Origin: Octopus sinensis | Taxonomy: Eukaryota | Length of the DNA stretch: 64,000 nucleotides | Assembly: GCF_006345805.1 (NCBI RefSeq) | Contig: NC_043012.1 | Location: forward strand, 21,514,001-21,578,000 | Reading direction: 5' to 3' | In this document: one piece after another, positions 52,412-64,000 of the stretch | Layout of the letters: the number at the start of each line of letters is the position of its first letter | Position numbering within the stretch: the stretch's first letter is position 1 | Made by a program: the position numbers and the translations under genes | The notes under the pieces: generated by a model | What the model was told of the DNA's origin: nothing | The model's database searches: none | Seen by the model: the letters and a program-made list of their open reading frames with translations, nothing else

Positions 52412-52658
52412 GTATTTATTCATTTCTGTAATTTGTTTGTATGTAATTAAGGGGACCGTTTGTTTACAAAATTTGACGAAACTTTATAAATTTCTAACTA
52501 TAAGTAAAACATTGATTTTCCGGAATTTATGTTCTAAAATTATTGTTCCAAAGCCATTCCGGATTCCTGATTGTTTTTCGAACTAGGGATGGTAACACTC
52601 TAAATTAAACAAACATTAAATTTACTTAGATAATTGATATACAGGTACTTGTACGATA

Positions 52659-52876
52659 CGAGGGGTGCTGAAAAATTCTTGGATTTGGGTAAAAGAAAAT
52701 ACAGGAGGTATCAATTAATTATGAGTTTATTCAACATATTCCCCTCTGAGATTCATACACTTATTGCCACTGTCCTTCAGTCTTTCTAAGCCCTTAAAAG
52801 AACACGGAATACCGGGCCTCAAAACCAAGCCTTTCTTGATACCCCTAAAGGCAGGAACTTTCCAACACCCACTTAC
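52659..52876. mobile_element. Mariner-derived MITE, decayed, in NSUN4 intron 1
   Basis: TA|CGAGGGGTGCTGAAAAA...; inverted homolog of 16441-16660. Confidence 0.75.
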
Positions 52877-53540
52877 ACATTAGTATAAATGAAATAAGTT
52901 TATTAGTGTGTAACTAGTCAGTGCACAGTTACCAGTAAACTAATCTGGTAGCCGCTGGAATTTAAAGTCCCTTGTTAGTAAATTAGTGAGGATTATAAGA
53001 TGTTCCTTATCTCACCTTCATATTGTTACGAAGGACCTCTATATTCAAGTAGTGCCGCCCTTACATTAACCCCTAACGACATCGGAGAGGTGCATTTCTG
53101 AAGAAACTCCCTATTCTTTGGCAAGTGATTTGATTACGAATTGCGTGTTACGATTAAACGGCTGCACCGTAGTAGTCATTCCAGCCATTAAAAACATATA
53201 CAATGTCACATTTACACTTTTTATTAGTGTGATATTGTAGGTACCAGTCAAGCACTGGGGTCGATGTGATCGACTTGCCACTCCCTCTAAAATTACTGTT
53301 GTGATATTGTATGTATGCGAGCAGTGAAGGCGCAGTGTGTTGGTCTCAGGTTCGTGCGGTGGTGGTTCACACCAGGCACTGCATTGTGTTACTGCAACAA
53401 AATAATACGCTCGGATGAAAATGAGATTCTGATACGGGGTGGAGGAGTGTTGTACTTTTTGTAGCTTTATGCATCATGGAAATCGAGCTTTGCTCTGGCC
53501 GTAGGAGCTTGTAGGCTTGTGACAGGCCCAAAATTCTGTG

Positions 53541-53548
53541 TCTGTCTG

Positions 53549-53605
<57 letters not shown>

Positions 53606-53610
53606 TTATC
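53541..53610. repeat. (TCTG)n(TATC)n microsatellite
   Basis: Direct reading. Many other (TA)n, (CA)n, (GA)n, (ATT)n and (ATC)n tracts occur throughout the window. Confidence 0.95.
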
Positions 53611-54452
53611 TTTCTATCAGCTGTCTGTTTACAGAGAGAGGTGGGGAGGAGAAACATTTACAAGGATCGCCTTTAAATCATATAAATATGAAAAGATTTG
53701 TTTGTATAATGTTAAACTGTGACAGGTGCTAGTGTTTGCATGTCGTTACTGTTTAGCCTCAGGTCAGCCTAGTTTAGTAGACTTGTGATCAAAAGCATTC
53801 CAGCTATAACCGCCTGATCCTTCTGGGTATTATGGTATTCCAGAGCACATAAATTAATATGTCTTTTCTTTTTTATGACTGTCCAGTGTAATATAAGAAA
53901 GATTTGACTGCTATTTCTAGCCGATCAAAAAGCAATGTAGATGTTTATTCGTTGGCTCATAAAATAGATGGATGCTATTACATTGTAGTAGCAAATTTCC
54001 AATAATTTGAGTGCATGATGGCCTCTGCTCCTTGGATCCGGCTGCAATCATGCTACCCCCATTCAGGTATTCCTGCTCCACTCATCTCTCATCCTCCCCT
54101 TGCTGTGTCCAGTACTAATTACTACATCCATCAGTGATTTGTACATTAATCTTCTTCATACATTAGGCCCTGGGTTATATCCAGTATTTCCTTCCTAGAA
54201 TGTCATCTCTCAGGAATCTCTACTATACTCATGTCTTTTATATCTGTTTTGACTTACAAAGCTTCACAGCGAAACATTAATCACATCAATCTCACCAGTC
54301 GTGGATCACCTGCAAAGGCCATGGCCCTTTTCTCCAGATTCAGCAAATACACAAAATTCATTAGAAAAAGCAGCAATATCCAAATATATATTGAGATTTT
54401 CCTGGTATTTTTTTTTCTCTTGTTAGGTCTTTGCTGAAATAATTATGTCTAA

Positions 54453-54827
54453 ACTAGCAGTATCGCCCGGCGTTGCTCAGGTTTGTAAGGGAAATAACTA
54501 TAAAGCATTTTTAGAGAGTTATAGCCAAAAAATAGCAAAAAAATGATGGTAAATTTTTTTTGAGAGTTAAAAAAGGTGGAGTTGCGTCCCCTAGACGGTC
54601 TGTGGTTTGGGTTTCTGATTCTCGACCCCATGTCGAATTTATCGATTTTTTTCAGAACTGGGGGAACTTTTCAAAATTTTCGCTGTGTTAGTTTTGAATT
54701 ATGACATTGGGCTATGTGTGTGTCAAGTTTCATCAGAATCGGTTGAAAGCCGTGGTCAGAGTGAGGGTACGAGAAAACAGACACACAGAAAACGCACAGA
54801 CAAACTGCCGTTTATATAGAGAGAGAT
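54453..54827 (+). mobile_element. Helitron-like element, copy 3: shared 5' end, different 3' half
   Basis: ACTAGCAGTATCGCCCGGCGTTGCTC...; ends acagacaaactgccgtttatatagagagagat. Confidence 0.55.
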
Positions 54828-55450
54828 GAACAAGTTTGGAATTTTCATGTTTTGTTTTACGGAATGGCTGTGTGGTTAAGAAGTTCACTTTGCAAACATG
54901 TGTTTTGGGGTTCAAATCAACACTGGTTGTTAAGGGGAGATGGGGTAGAAACTGAAAAAACAAAGGCAGACACCAACATGTATATAAATATATATGACAG
55001 GCTTCTTTCAGTTTCCCAAGGTGCTATAGAGTGAGACTGACTGAATCCAAGACCACAAGTATGTTTTTCCATATTGACATGGGATAGACAGGACTGTTTG
55101 AAGCAATGTTTTAACAACTTAATGCCCTGTCTGATATGAGCCCTCCTACTCACCTCTTGTGACATGCAGGGGTATGGTTCACCGATTCTAACCTGGTCTA
55201 TGCATGTTATCTAAAAACTGTGATGTAGACACATTATTAACCCTTATGATACCAACCCACCTGAAACCGCCTCTGGCTCTCTAATACAAATGTCTTGTTT
55301 GCAAAAGTTCTGAATTAAAATCTTGCACCAAACCTTCATCACAATTTATGTTCCTAACACTAGCTTAATGATAACTAAGTTATTTTACTAAATTCTTTGT
55401 TATATTTTTAATATATATATATATATGAGACCTTAGTGCTTTATTTATAA

Positions 55451-55868
55451 GTGCAGGAGTTGCTGTGTGGTAAGTAGCTTGCTTACCAACCACATGGTTC
55501 CGGGTTCAGTCCCTCTGTGTGGCACCTTGGGCAAGTGTCTTCTACTATAGCCTCGGGCCGACCAAAGCCTTGTGAGTGAATTTGGTAGACGGAAACTGAA
55601 AGAAGCCCATCGTATACATATATATATATATGTATGTATGTGTGTGTGTGTATATGTTAGTGTGTCAGTGTTTGTCCCCCCAACATCTCTTGACAACCGA
55701 TGCTGGTGTGTTTACATCCCCCTAACTTAGCGGTTTGGCAAAAGATACTGATAGAATAAGTATTTGGCTTACAAAGAGTAAGTCCTGGGGATCAATTCGC
55801 TCGACTAAAGGCAGTACTCCAGCATGGCCGCAGTCAAATGACTGAAACAAGTAAAAGAATAAAAGAAT
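55451..55868 (+). mobile_element. SINE family A, full length, ending about 30 bp before the NSUN4 exon 2 acceptor
   Basis: Head gtgcaggagttgctgtgtgg; tail gtaaaagaataaaagaat. Confidence 0.87.
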
Positions 55869-55895
55869 ATATGTTTTTGTTTTTTATCATTATAG

Positions 55896-56454
55896 GCAAC
55901 TCACTTCAAAGAAAAAACACACTGTGACCGTGCCCTTGAATATTTTGATGTGTTCTACAAACCACTTTATGGGAAACTCTGGCCTTCGATTCGGATTTCT
56001 CTCCTCTCAAATCATAAATACTGTGCTCTTGTCAATAACTTCAGCTTCGTTGAAAACACCACCAAGTTTCTTGAGAAACTTGGCTGTCATGATATTATAC
56101 AGCGTGCTAAGACTACAGAACCTCTGTTACATGAAGATTCTGTTGAGAGAAGCAAAATAAGTGATATTTCAGAATCAATTGTAGAGAACACTGTTGGTTC
56201 CGATGATTCAGATGTTGAAGACCATAATCGAACTAATTTGACTGCATTTTTACCAGTGAAGAAAGTATATTCATCTAAACAGCTTCAGAAGAAAGAAGAA
56301 TTGGAACAAAGTGTGTATATGCCACAGAACATTGCATTAAAAGTGGTTCCTTGCAGTATTTCAGCTCTCCCAGAACATCTGAAAGTTTACTGCTTTAAAC
56401 GTGGAAATACCGGTACATTTCCATCTCCCAAGATTCACAAAACTGGTCTTTTAG
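55896..56454 (+). CDS. NSUN4: NSUN4 coding exon 2 (559 nt)
   Basis: tatag|GCA ACT CAC...GGT CTT TTA G|gtaagt; overlaps ORF 55950..56465; includes an acidic low-complexity segment (SDDSDVED) not seen in my recollection of vertebrate NSUN4. Confidence 0.95.
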
Positions 56455-58332
56455 GTAAGTCTTAAGAATCATTCATAATGATAGGATTAAATAAAAAAAA
56501 AAGAAACTGAAGAATTTGCTGAAATTGTTCTAAATGAATTAGTGTTATTATCTTTGGTTCCATCAACACCTACTTTCTGATTTCCCATTAACCACATTTG
56601 TTGTTGTATTCCTGTTGAAATAAACTGCCGTAGTTTCAATTTATTAACCTTCTTGTACCTTGAGAAGCACTACCTGGCCTCTCATCCTCACCATCACTTT
56701 CCTCTTTTTCCAGCTGCAGTAGCCATGTATCTCGTCTACAGCAAGATACCTGTTCCTGTCCCACTGTCATACTTTAATCTGTCAACACCTGGCATAAATT
56801 CGCCTACCTCATTACTACATCCCTGCTCAGTGGAAGGGGTCTTGTCTTGCATAACACTGGTGCTGGTGCCAAATGAAAAGCAGCAAGTACACTCCATAAA
56901 TGGTCCACTGGTTCTTCAGATACTGTCCAACCCATGTCAGCATGGAAGGTTAAACAATGACAATGAATTTAGTTGAGCCACTACTTCTCCACATAGAAGT
57001 TACAGCTCAGACATGTAGTTAGGTTGTTGCAAGAAGGGATCAGATTCTTTAAGCTAAGTTAACAAGCAGAAGATCTAGGGAGCAGACCCAGAATTAGAAG
57101 GTTGGATAACATCCATCGTTTCAGTTGGTCATGCTTGGGAATCCAGCCAGAAGTGCAATGATGATTGCACCTGATTGGATGCTCTGGAATGGGTACCTGA
57201 AGACTGTTGCAACGACCTTCCCAGAAATAATGGGCTGTGAAAATGGATGGATGAGTTTTAATGTAATGTGAGAGAATCATCATCGTTTAACATCCGCTTT
57301 CCATGCTGGCATGGGTTGGACTATTTGACTGAGGGCTGGTGATCGAGAAGGCTGCATTAGTCTCCAATCTGATCTGGCAAAGTTTCCACAGCTGGATGCC
57401 CTTCCTAATGCCAACCACTCCGAGAATGTAGTGTATGCTTTTATGTGCCACCGGCACAAGGGCCAGTCAGGTGGTACTGGCACTGGCCACACTCAAATGG
57501 TGCTTTTTACATGCCACCTGCACAGGAGCCAGTCTGGCGGCACTGACAATGACCACGCTCGAATGGTGCTTTTTTTATGTGCTCTAGGCACGGGAGCCAG
57601 TCAGTGGCCCTGGCAATGATCACGCTCGAATGGTGCTTTTAATGTTCCACTGGCACGGGTGCCAATCAGGTGCTACTGTCATCGGCCACAACAGCGATTT
57701 CACTTGCCTCAACAGGTCTTTGCAAGCATAGTTTATTGTCCAATGATTGAAGGATACTCTTAAATGGGCTGGATATACAGCAATGATATAGGCCAAGGTT
57801 ATGGTCTCACTTGGCTTGCTGGGTCCTCTCAAGCACAGCATATCTCCAAAGGTCTCAGTCACTTTCATTGCATCGGTGAGGCCATGGAAGAGAAGGCGTT
57901 TCTAGCAGGGATGTTTGGAATAAAGAGAGGTGTATGCAAACTAGAATAGAATATGGTAGAAAGAAATGCAATGAAGAACAGATGTGACTGAGGCATTTAA
58001 GTAGAACCATAGAGCAGTTGCCAAGTCCTAAACAGCAGAGTAGATGATAATGTCACAGAAACTAAGAGAGAATAACTGCATACCAACGTAGCAGTAATTG
58101 AACATCATCATCATCGTTTAACGTCCGTTTTCCATGCTGGCATGGGTTGGACAGTTCGACTGGGGTCTGGGAAGCCAGGAGGTTACACCGGAAGAATTTT
58201 TAACCCAAGTGATGACTTTTTCCTGGGAACACATTTCACTATTTCAAAGTGTTTCAGTCAAAATATAAGAACGTCCCAGTGTCAGAATTCTTCTCATTTT
58301 GTCTTTTCTCTACCATAATTGTGCTTCTGTAA

Positions 58333-58518
<186 letters not shown>

Positions 58519-59069
58519 TAGTGGAACGTTTCATCTTTCTTGTACAATCTCCTCACAAGAAAACTTTCTGTATCTCTATTTTCATAGTTGCTTCATCATC
58601 ATTGTCATCATCATATTAACGTCCACTTTTCTATGCTTGCATGGGTCAGACAGAATTTGTTGAGGTAGATTTTCTATGGCCGGATGCTTTTTCCTGCTGC
58701 CAGCCCTGACCTCTTTCCAGGTAATGTAATATTTCCCCTAGACCAGAATATCATAGAATATTGTTTTTCAAAATTTGACACAAGGCCAGTAACTTCATGG
58801 GATGGAAGTGGGTTGGGAGGTTAAGTTAATTACATCAACCTCAGTACACAAATGGTACTTATTTTATTGACCCCCACCTAAAGGATGAAAGGCAAAGTCG
58901 ACCTTGGCAGAATTTGAACTGACAACATAAAGACATACGAAATACTGCTAAGCATTGTGCCTGGCATGTTAACGATTCTACCAGGCTGCAGTCTTAATAT
59001 CACAGAATATTGGAAATAAAGAACTCTTGCATTACAATGCTTGCATTATAGTGGCACTCATTTACAACT

Positions 59070-59440
59070 ATCATGTGTTAAGTTAAGTTAATTTTTTGGC
59101 TCAAAAAGCAAAAAGCAAGGCCATGTAGGGGAACATGGAGTTATATACAGGGAGGGTGTTCATGCAAAGAGTTCAGACCATTTCTGGTCAAGAGAGACTT
59201 TGAACCAAGCCGTCGTCGGCATCTTCACTATCTCGTCCGGCAGCTTATTCCACGGATCCGCAACTCGGATGGAGAAAGCCCCTCTCCTTCGATTGAGATG
59301 AAATCGTCGCAGATAGAGCTTTTTGGAGTGACCCCGCAGCCGACACTCTGGAGCAGGAGTGAAGAACAGCTCTTTCGAGAGGTTACACTTTCCGCTTATG
59401 ATGTTGTGAGCAAGAATGAGATCACCACGGCGTTGTTGTT
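59070..59440 (-). mobile_element. CR1-clade LINE 3' end
   Basis: ORF 59160..59453: RRGDLI...RLRGHSKKL...FSIRVADPWNKLP; short (TAACT)n tail. Confidence 0.85.
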
Positions 59441-59765
59441 TTTCTGTTACCATAGCTGTGTTAATAAGAATGGCTGGATCTTTTCTCCATGCTCATGTTT
59501 AATGGCCGAATATTGCTACCTTCTGAAGTGACGAGTGAAATTGCAGTTGTTGCTGATGCCAGTGCTGTCTGACTGGCACTTGAAAAGCACAGTTCATGCA
59601 TTGGGCCTCGTGGAGACAGTGATGTCAGACCAAGTGAGATTGTAGTTGATGCCTGTGTCACATAACTGGCCTGTGAAAAGCACCCTCCAATTGTTGGGCA
59701 ATACGCTGTGCTTGTGAAGACCTGTTGAACTGAGTGAAATCATAGTCATGGCTGATGCCAGTACC

Positions 59766-60000
59766 TATTTCTTTACTACCCACAAGGGGCTAAACATAGA
59801 GGGGACAAACAAGGACAGACATAGGTATTAAGTCGATTATATCGACTCCTCCAGTGCGTAACTGGTACTTAATTTATCGACCCCGAAAGGATGAAAGGCA
59901 AAGTTGACCTCGGCGGAATTTGAACCCAGAACGTAACGGCAGACGAAATACGGCTACGCATTTCGCCCGGTGTGCTAACGTTTCTGCCAGCTTGCCGCCT
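59766..60000 (-). mobile_element. SINE family B inserted into an RTE 3'UTR, 9-bp TSD
   Basis: TSD GCCAGTACC at 59757-59765 and 60001-60009. Confidence 0.87.
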
Positions 60001-61052
60001 GCCAGTACCATCTGACTGGCACCTGTGCCAGTGGAATGTAAAAAGCACCATTTGTGCATTGGGCCTCAAGGAGGCCTCAGCGATATACCATGCTTGTGTT
60101 TGACGTGTCAAGCCAAGTGAGACCGTAGCTGTGACCAATGCTGGTGGCACATAAAAAGCACCCACTACACTCTTGGAGTGGTTAGCGTTAGGAAGGGCAT
60201 CCAGCTGTAGAAACCTTGTCAAATCAGATTGGAACCTGGTGCAGTCCCCCTCCCCCGGCTTACCAGTTTCCAAATTGTCCAACCCATGACAGCATAGTAA
60301 GCGGACATTAAACAATGATGATGATTGTCTTATATTTGACTGATCCAGATGTACCTGGGGATCAATAAATAAACTGAACTCCTCTGTGGCTGTGTGGTAA
60401 GAAGTTTCCTTCCCTATCACAGGGTTCCAGGTTCAGCCCCACTGCATGGCACCTTGGGCAAGTGTATTCTGTTAGAGCCCTGAGCCGACTAAAGTCTTGT
60501 GAGTAGATTTGGTAGACAGAAACTAAAAGAAGCCTGTCATATGTGAGGGTGTGTGTGTATAATATATATATATATATATATATATGCGCAGGAGTGGCTG
60601 TGTGGTAAGTAGCTTGCTTACCAATCACATGGTTCTGGGTTCAGTCTCACTGTGTGGCACCTTGGGCAAGTGTATTCTGTTATCGCCCTAAACAACCAAA
60701 GCCTTGTGAGTGGATTTGGTAGACAGAAACTGAAAGAAGCCTATCGTATATGTGTGTGTGTGTCTATTTGTACCCCACTACTGTTTGACATTTGATGTTG
60801 GTTTGTTTATGTCCCTGTAACAGCAGTTTGGCAAAAAAGACCAACAGAATAGGAACCAGGCTTAGAAATGTAAAAAGTCCTGGGTGTCAGTTTTTTTTTC
60901 CAACTAAACTCATCAAGAGAGTGCCCCAGCATGGCCACAGTCTAATGACCGAAACAAGTAAAGGATAAAAATATTTGCAGCCTTGTAAAAAAAAAACCAT
61001 TTTAATTTCTATTTTGTCTTTTTTAATGAACAAATTCCTTTCTTATTTGCAG

Positions 61053-61201
61053 AAGACATAGTCTGCAATGACATTTCCTATTCCCGTTTGAGTCGTCTCA
61101 AGAATATGCTACGCTTCTACATTGGTGACTTTGAAAATAACTTTTCCTTGGAATTTAGCAAGAATAACGGCTGCCATTTTAACGAGCCATTTTTTGATAA
61201 G
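61053..61201 (+). CDS. NSUN4: NSUN4 coding exon 4 (149 nt)
   Basis: ttgcag|AA GAC ATA GTC TGC AAT GAC...GAT AAG|gtgctt; IVCNDISYSRLSRL...FDK. Confidence 0.93.
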
Positions 61202-62395
61202 GTGCTTGAATTTGCATCATTTTCTATTTTTAAACAAACCACTTTGACTTTTTTTTTGTGTTTTTTTTGTATTCTTATTCCTTCTCTCTTCATTATTTCT
61301 TCTTTTTTTTTTTTTGCTTCAATTTCCCTCTTTGAGTGACAGAACCTCTTAATCTTCATCATCATCTTATCATCTACTTTTCTATTGAAGCAAATTGTTC
61401 ATGGCTGGGTGCTCTTCCTGTTGCAAACCCTCATCTGTTCTCAAGTAAGGTAATATTTTGCCATGACCAGACATGTTTTCATGGAAGATTGCAAACAGAG
61501 GACAGTGTATACATGTCAATGATATTCACTCACAGCTATCATGTGATCTCATGACAAGATGACAATAACACACACACATTCACAAGCTTCCATACAGTTT
61601 CCATGATTATAGATGTAGGTGTGGTCATAAGTGCAAGTGTGGCTATGTGGTAAGAGGTTTACTTCTTAACCATATGGTTTTGGTTTCAGTCCCTCTGCAT
61701 GTCACCTTGGGCTTATTTTAACCCTGGGCCGAGCAAAGCCTTGAGGGTGGATTTGATGGACAGAAACTGAAAGACACCTGTCGTGTGTGTGTTAGTACCT
61801 CTTTGCCTTGGTATTGTATAATAGTTGTAAACGAGTGTCTGTATTTTGTATGTGGTATCCTTTATTTCCAGTTTTTGTCTGACCATGGGGAAATATCACT
61901 TTGCTTGAAAACTAGTGAAGGTTGATGTCAGGAAAGGCAACAAGATGTAGAAAAATCCTCTTCAACAAATTTCACCCAGTCCATGCCAGCATGGGAAAAT
62001 GGACATTAAAACAATGATGATGATGATGGTGATGAAGGCATTGGTCATGCTAAGGCTACAGTAGAAAACAATGTTCCCAAAGTGCAGTGCTGTGAGATGG
62101 AACTCAGTACCATGTAGTTATAAAGTGAACTTCTTATCCACACAGCTTTGCCTATGCTTATAACTATAAGTTAAAAGTTTTCAAAAGCTCTGATATTCTA
62201 TATTATTGTTTGCAGTTGAATTCTATTGAATATAAATCCCAAACTGTAATAATTCTCCCTTATGCTTTATTTCTGTATTTATAATTTAAATTTTCAAAAC
62301 ACCTGAGCATTAAATGAACAGGTATTGAATGTTGTGATGATAGTAATCACAGCAACAGCCTTCATATAATGACTTTTTGTTTTCTATGACTTCAG

Positions 62396-62520
62396 GTGCT
62401 TGTTGATGTTCCTTGCAATACTGATAGACATGTTTTGCTAAGTGAAGATAACAACCTTTTCAAACCTGGCCGTATCGATGAAAGAGTCAGTCTGCCAGAA
62501 CAGCAGAGAAATCTACTTGT
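62396..62520 (+). CDS. NSUN4: NSUN4 coding exon 5 (125 nt, motif IV DVPC)
   Basis: ttcag|GTG CTT GTT GAT GTT CCT TGC AAT ACT GAT AGA...CTT GT|gtaaga; VLVDVPCNTDRHVLLSEDNNLFKPGRIDER. Confidence 0.97.
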
Positions 62521-64000
62521 GTAAGAAATTTCTGAATTGAACTTTTTTTTTTCCTTCATTATCTCTTTTCCATCTTTTCCTTAAATCACTTGTGACTTTC
62601 ATCATCATTAACATCATCATTTCACATCCACTTTTCCATGCTTGTTTATAAACAACGAAGATGATGTATTTGTTAGTTACCTCTTTTCATCTTTCCAGAG
62701 TTAGCTTCTTCTTAGCTCCCATCTTGGTTAAGTTTGGTCATCTTGCTCATAACCTCATCCCAATTCCTACCCACTTAGATGTCTTGCTGAGAGGAGAGGA
62801 GAAGTGTAAGTGCTTCATGTGTAACTGCTCAGGTACAAACTGGATTTTTGAAATGTGCTAGTGAGGACTTGGACAAGCCATATTGCATTGTCCAGTTCAT
62901 ATCTAGCTAGAGTATTTGTTGGGTCAGCAACTTCGGATAGCACATTGGCTCATAAAAGAATATTATGTTCATAGGTTTCACTGGTTGATTTCACAGACCA
63001 GAAGTTTGTGATTCGCATGGTTACCTTACGAAGAGACATAAACTGGTTGCTGGAACTCAAATGTGTTGTTTCTGACTTGGAAAGTCTACAGCAACCTGGA
63101 TTAAACAACTAATAAAAAAGAAGTTGATGGCAGTTATTAGCAACTGGTGATGAATCTTTGGACTACTATGCTTGGGGTAAAAATGGTTCTCAACTCAAAG
63201 CATAAAAGTTTGTGTGGCCAGAGCACAGAGTAAGATGATAGGCTGCAACTGTTTGGATGCTGGCAATCTGGAATGGCCGACTGGACAGTCAACCTATTTT
63301 AACAATCGTAGTTTTTAGCACTAGAGGCAAATACACGCACACACATGTATGTGCATGCAGAAATATACACCTACATATAGAAAGAGAGAGAAATTACAAT
63401 TGATTTAACAAGATCGACATAAACACTTTCCCTCTCCTCAAGCACATAAAGAGTTTAGCTTAATGGTAAAGCACTTGACACGTAATCACAGGGATGTGAG
63501 TTTGAGTCTTATGGCTGGCCGCCAACAGATTTTTCTGCAAAATATGGATAGTTTATCCTGTTTATGCTCTGTTATTAGCATTATCTTGCTTTTGAGAATA
63601 AAATTATTTCCTTATCTGTATCTTTCAATAAATCTCAACGCTTCTAAAGCCAACTTTGTTTACTTTCAACGTAAGTTCAATTTAATGTACGATAGCGTCT
63701 TATAAAGCTAAACTTCATCATCATCATCGTTTAACGTCCGTTTTCCACGCTAGCACGGGTTGGACGGTTCGACCGGGGTCTGGGAAGCCAGGGGCTGCAC
63801 CAGGATCCAGTCTTGATCTGGCAGTGTTTCTACAGCTGGATGCCCTTCCTAACGCCAACCACTCCGCAAGTGTAGTGGGTGCTTTTTATGTGCCACTTGC
63901 ACAGGTGCCAGGGGGGTCTGGCATCGGCCACGATCAGTTGGTGCTTTTAACGTGCCACTGGCACGGAAGCCAGCCAAGGCGGCGCTGGCATTGGCCACGT

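Overview
AT-rich, repeat-dense eukaryotic DNA. The SINE, LINE and microsatellite landscape looks like a coleoid cephalopod (Octopus-like); this is an inference from recalled repeat families, not a database result. Two housekeeping genes point away from each other, with start codons about 13.4 kb apart. On the minus strand are exons 1-4 of UBE2J1 (ERAD E2 enzyme; ATG at 38875, 22 kb intron 1, gene continues past position 1). On the plus strand are exons 1-5 of mitochondrial m5C methyltransferase NSUN4 (ATG at 52304, last exon beyond 64000). Most long ORFs in the supplied track are artefacts of SINEs or microsatellites, or transposon fragments. Mobile elements include mariners and mariner MITEs, piggyBac-like, hAT, PIF/Harbinger and Merlin-like MITEs with intact TSDs, Helitron/Helentron-like elements, RTE (two lineages), CR1 and R4/Dong LINE fragments, and tRNA-derived SINEs. 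The most striking unexplained signals are a perfect 217-bp palindrome in UBE2J1 intron 2, several other fold-back or inverted duplications, and a 187-bp direct duplication flanking a Helitron-like insert. Coordinates were read by eye; repeat boundaries are approximate.
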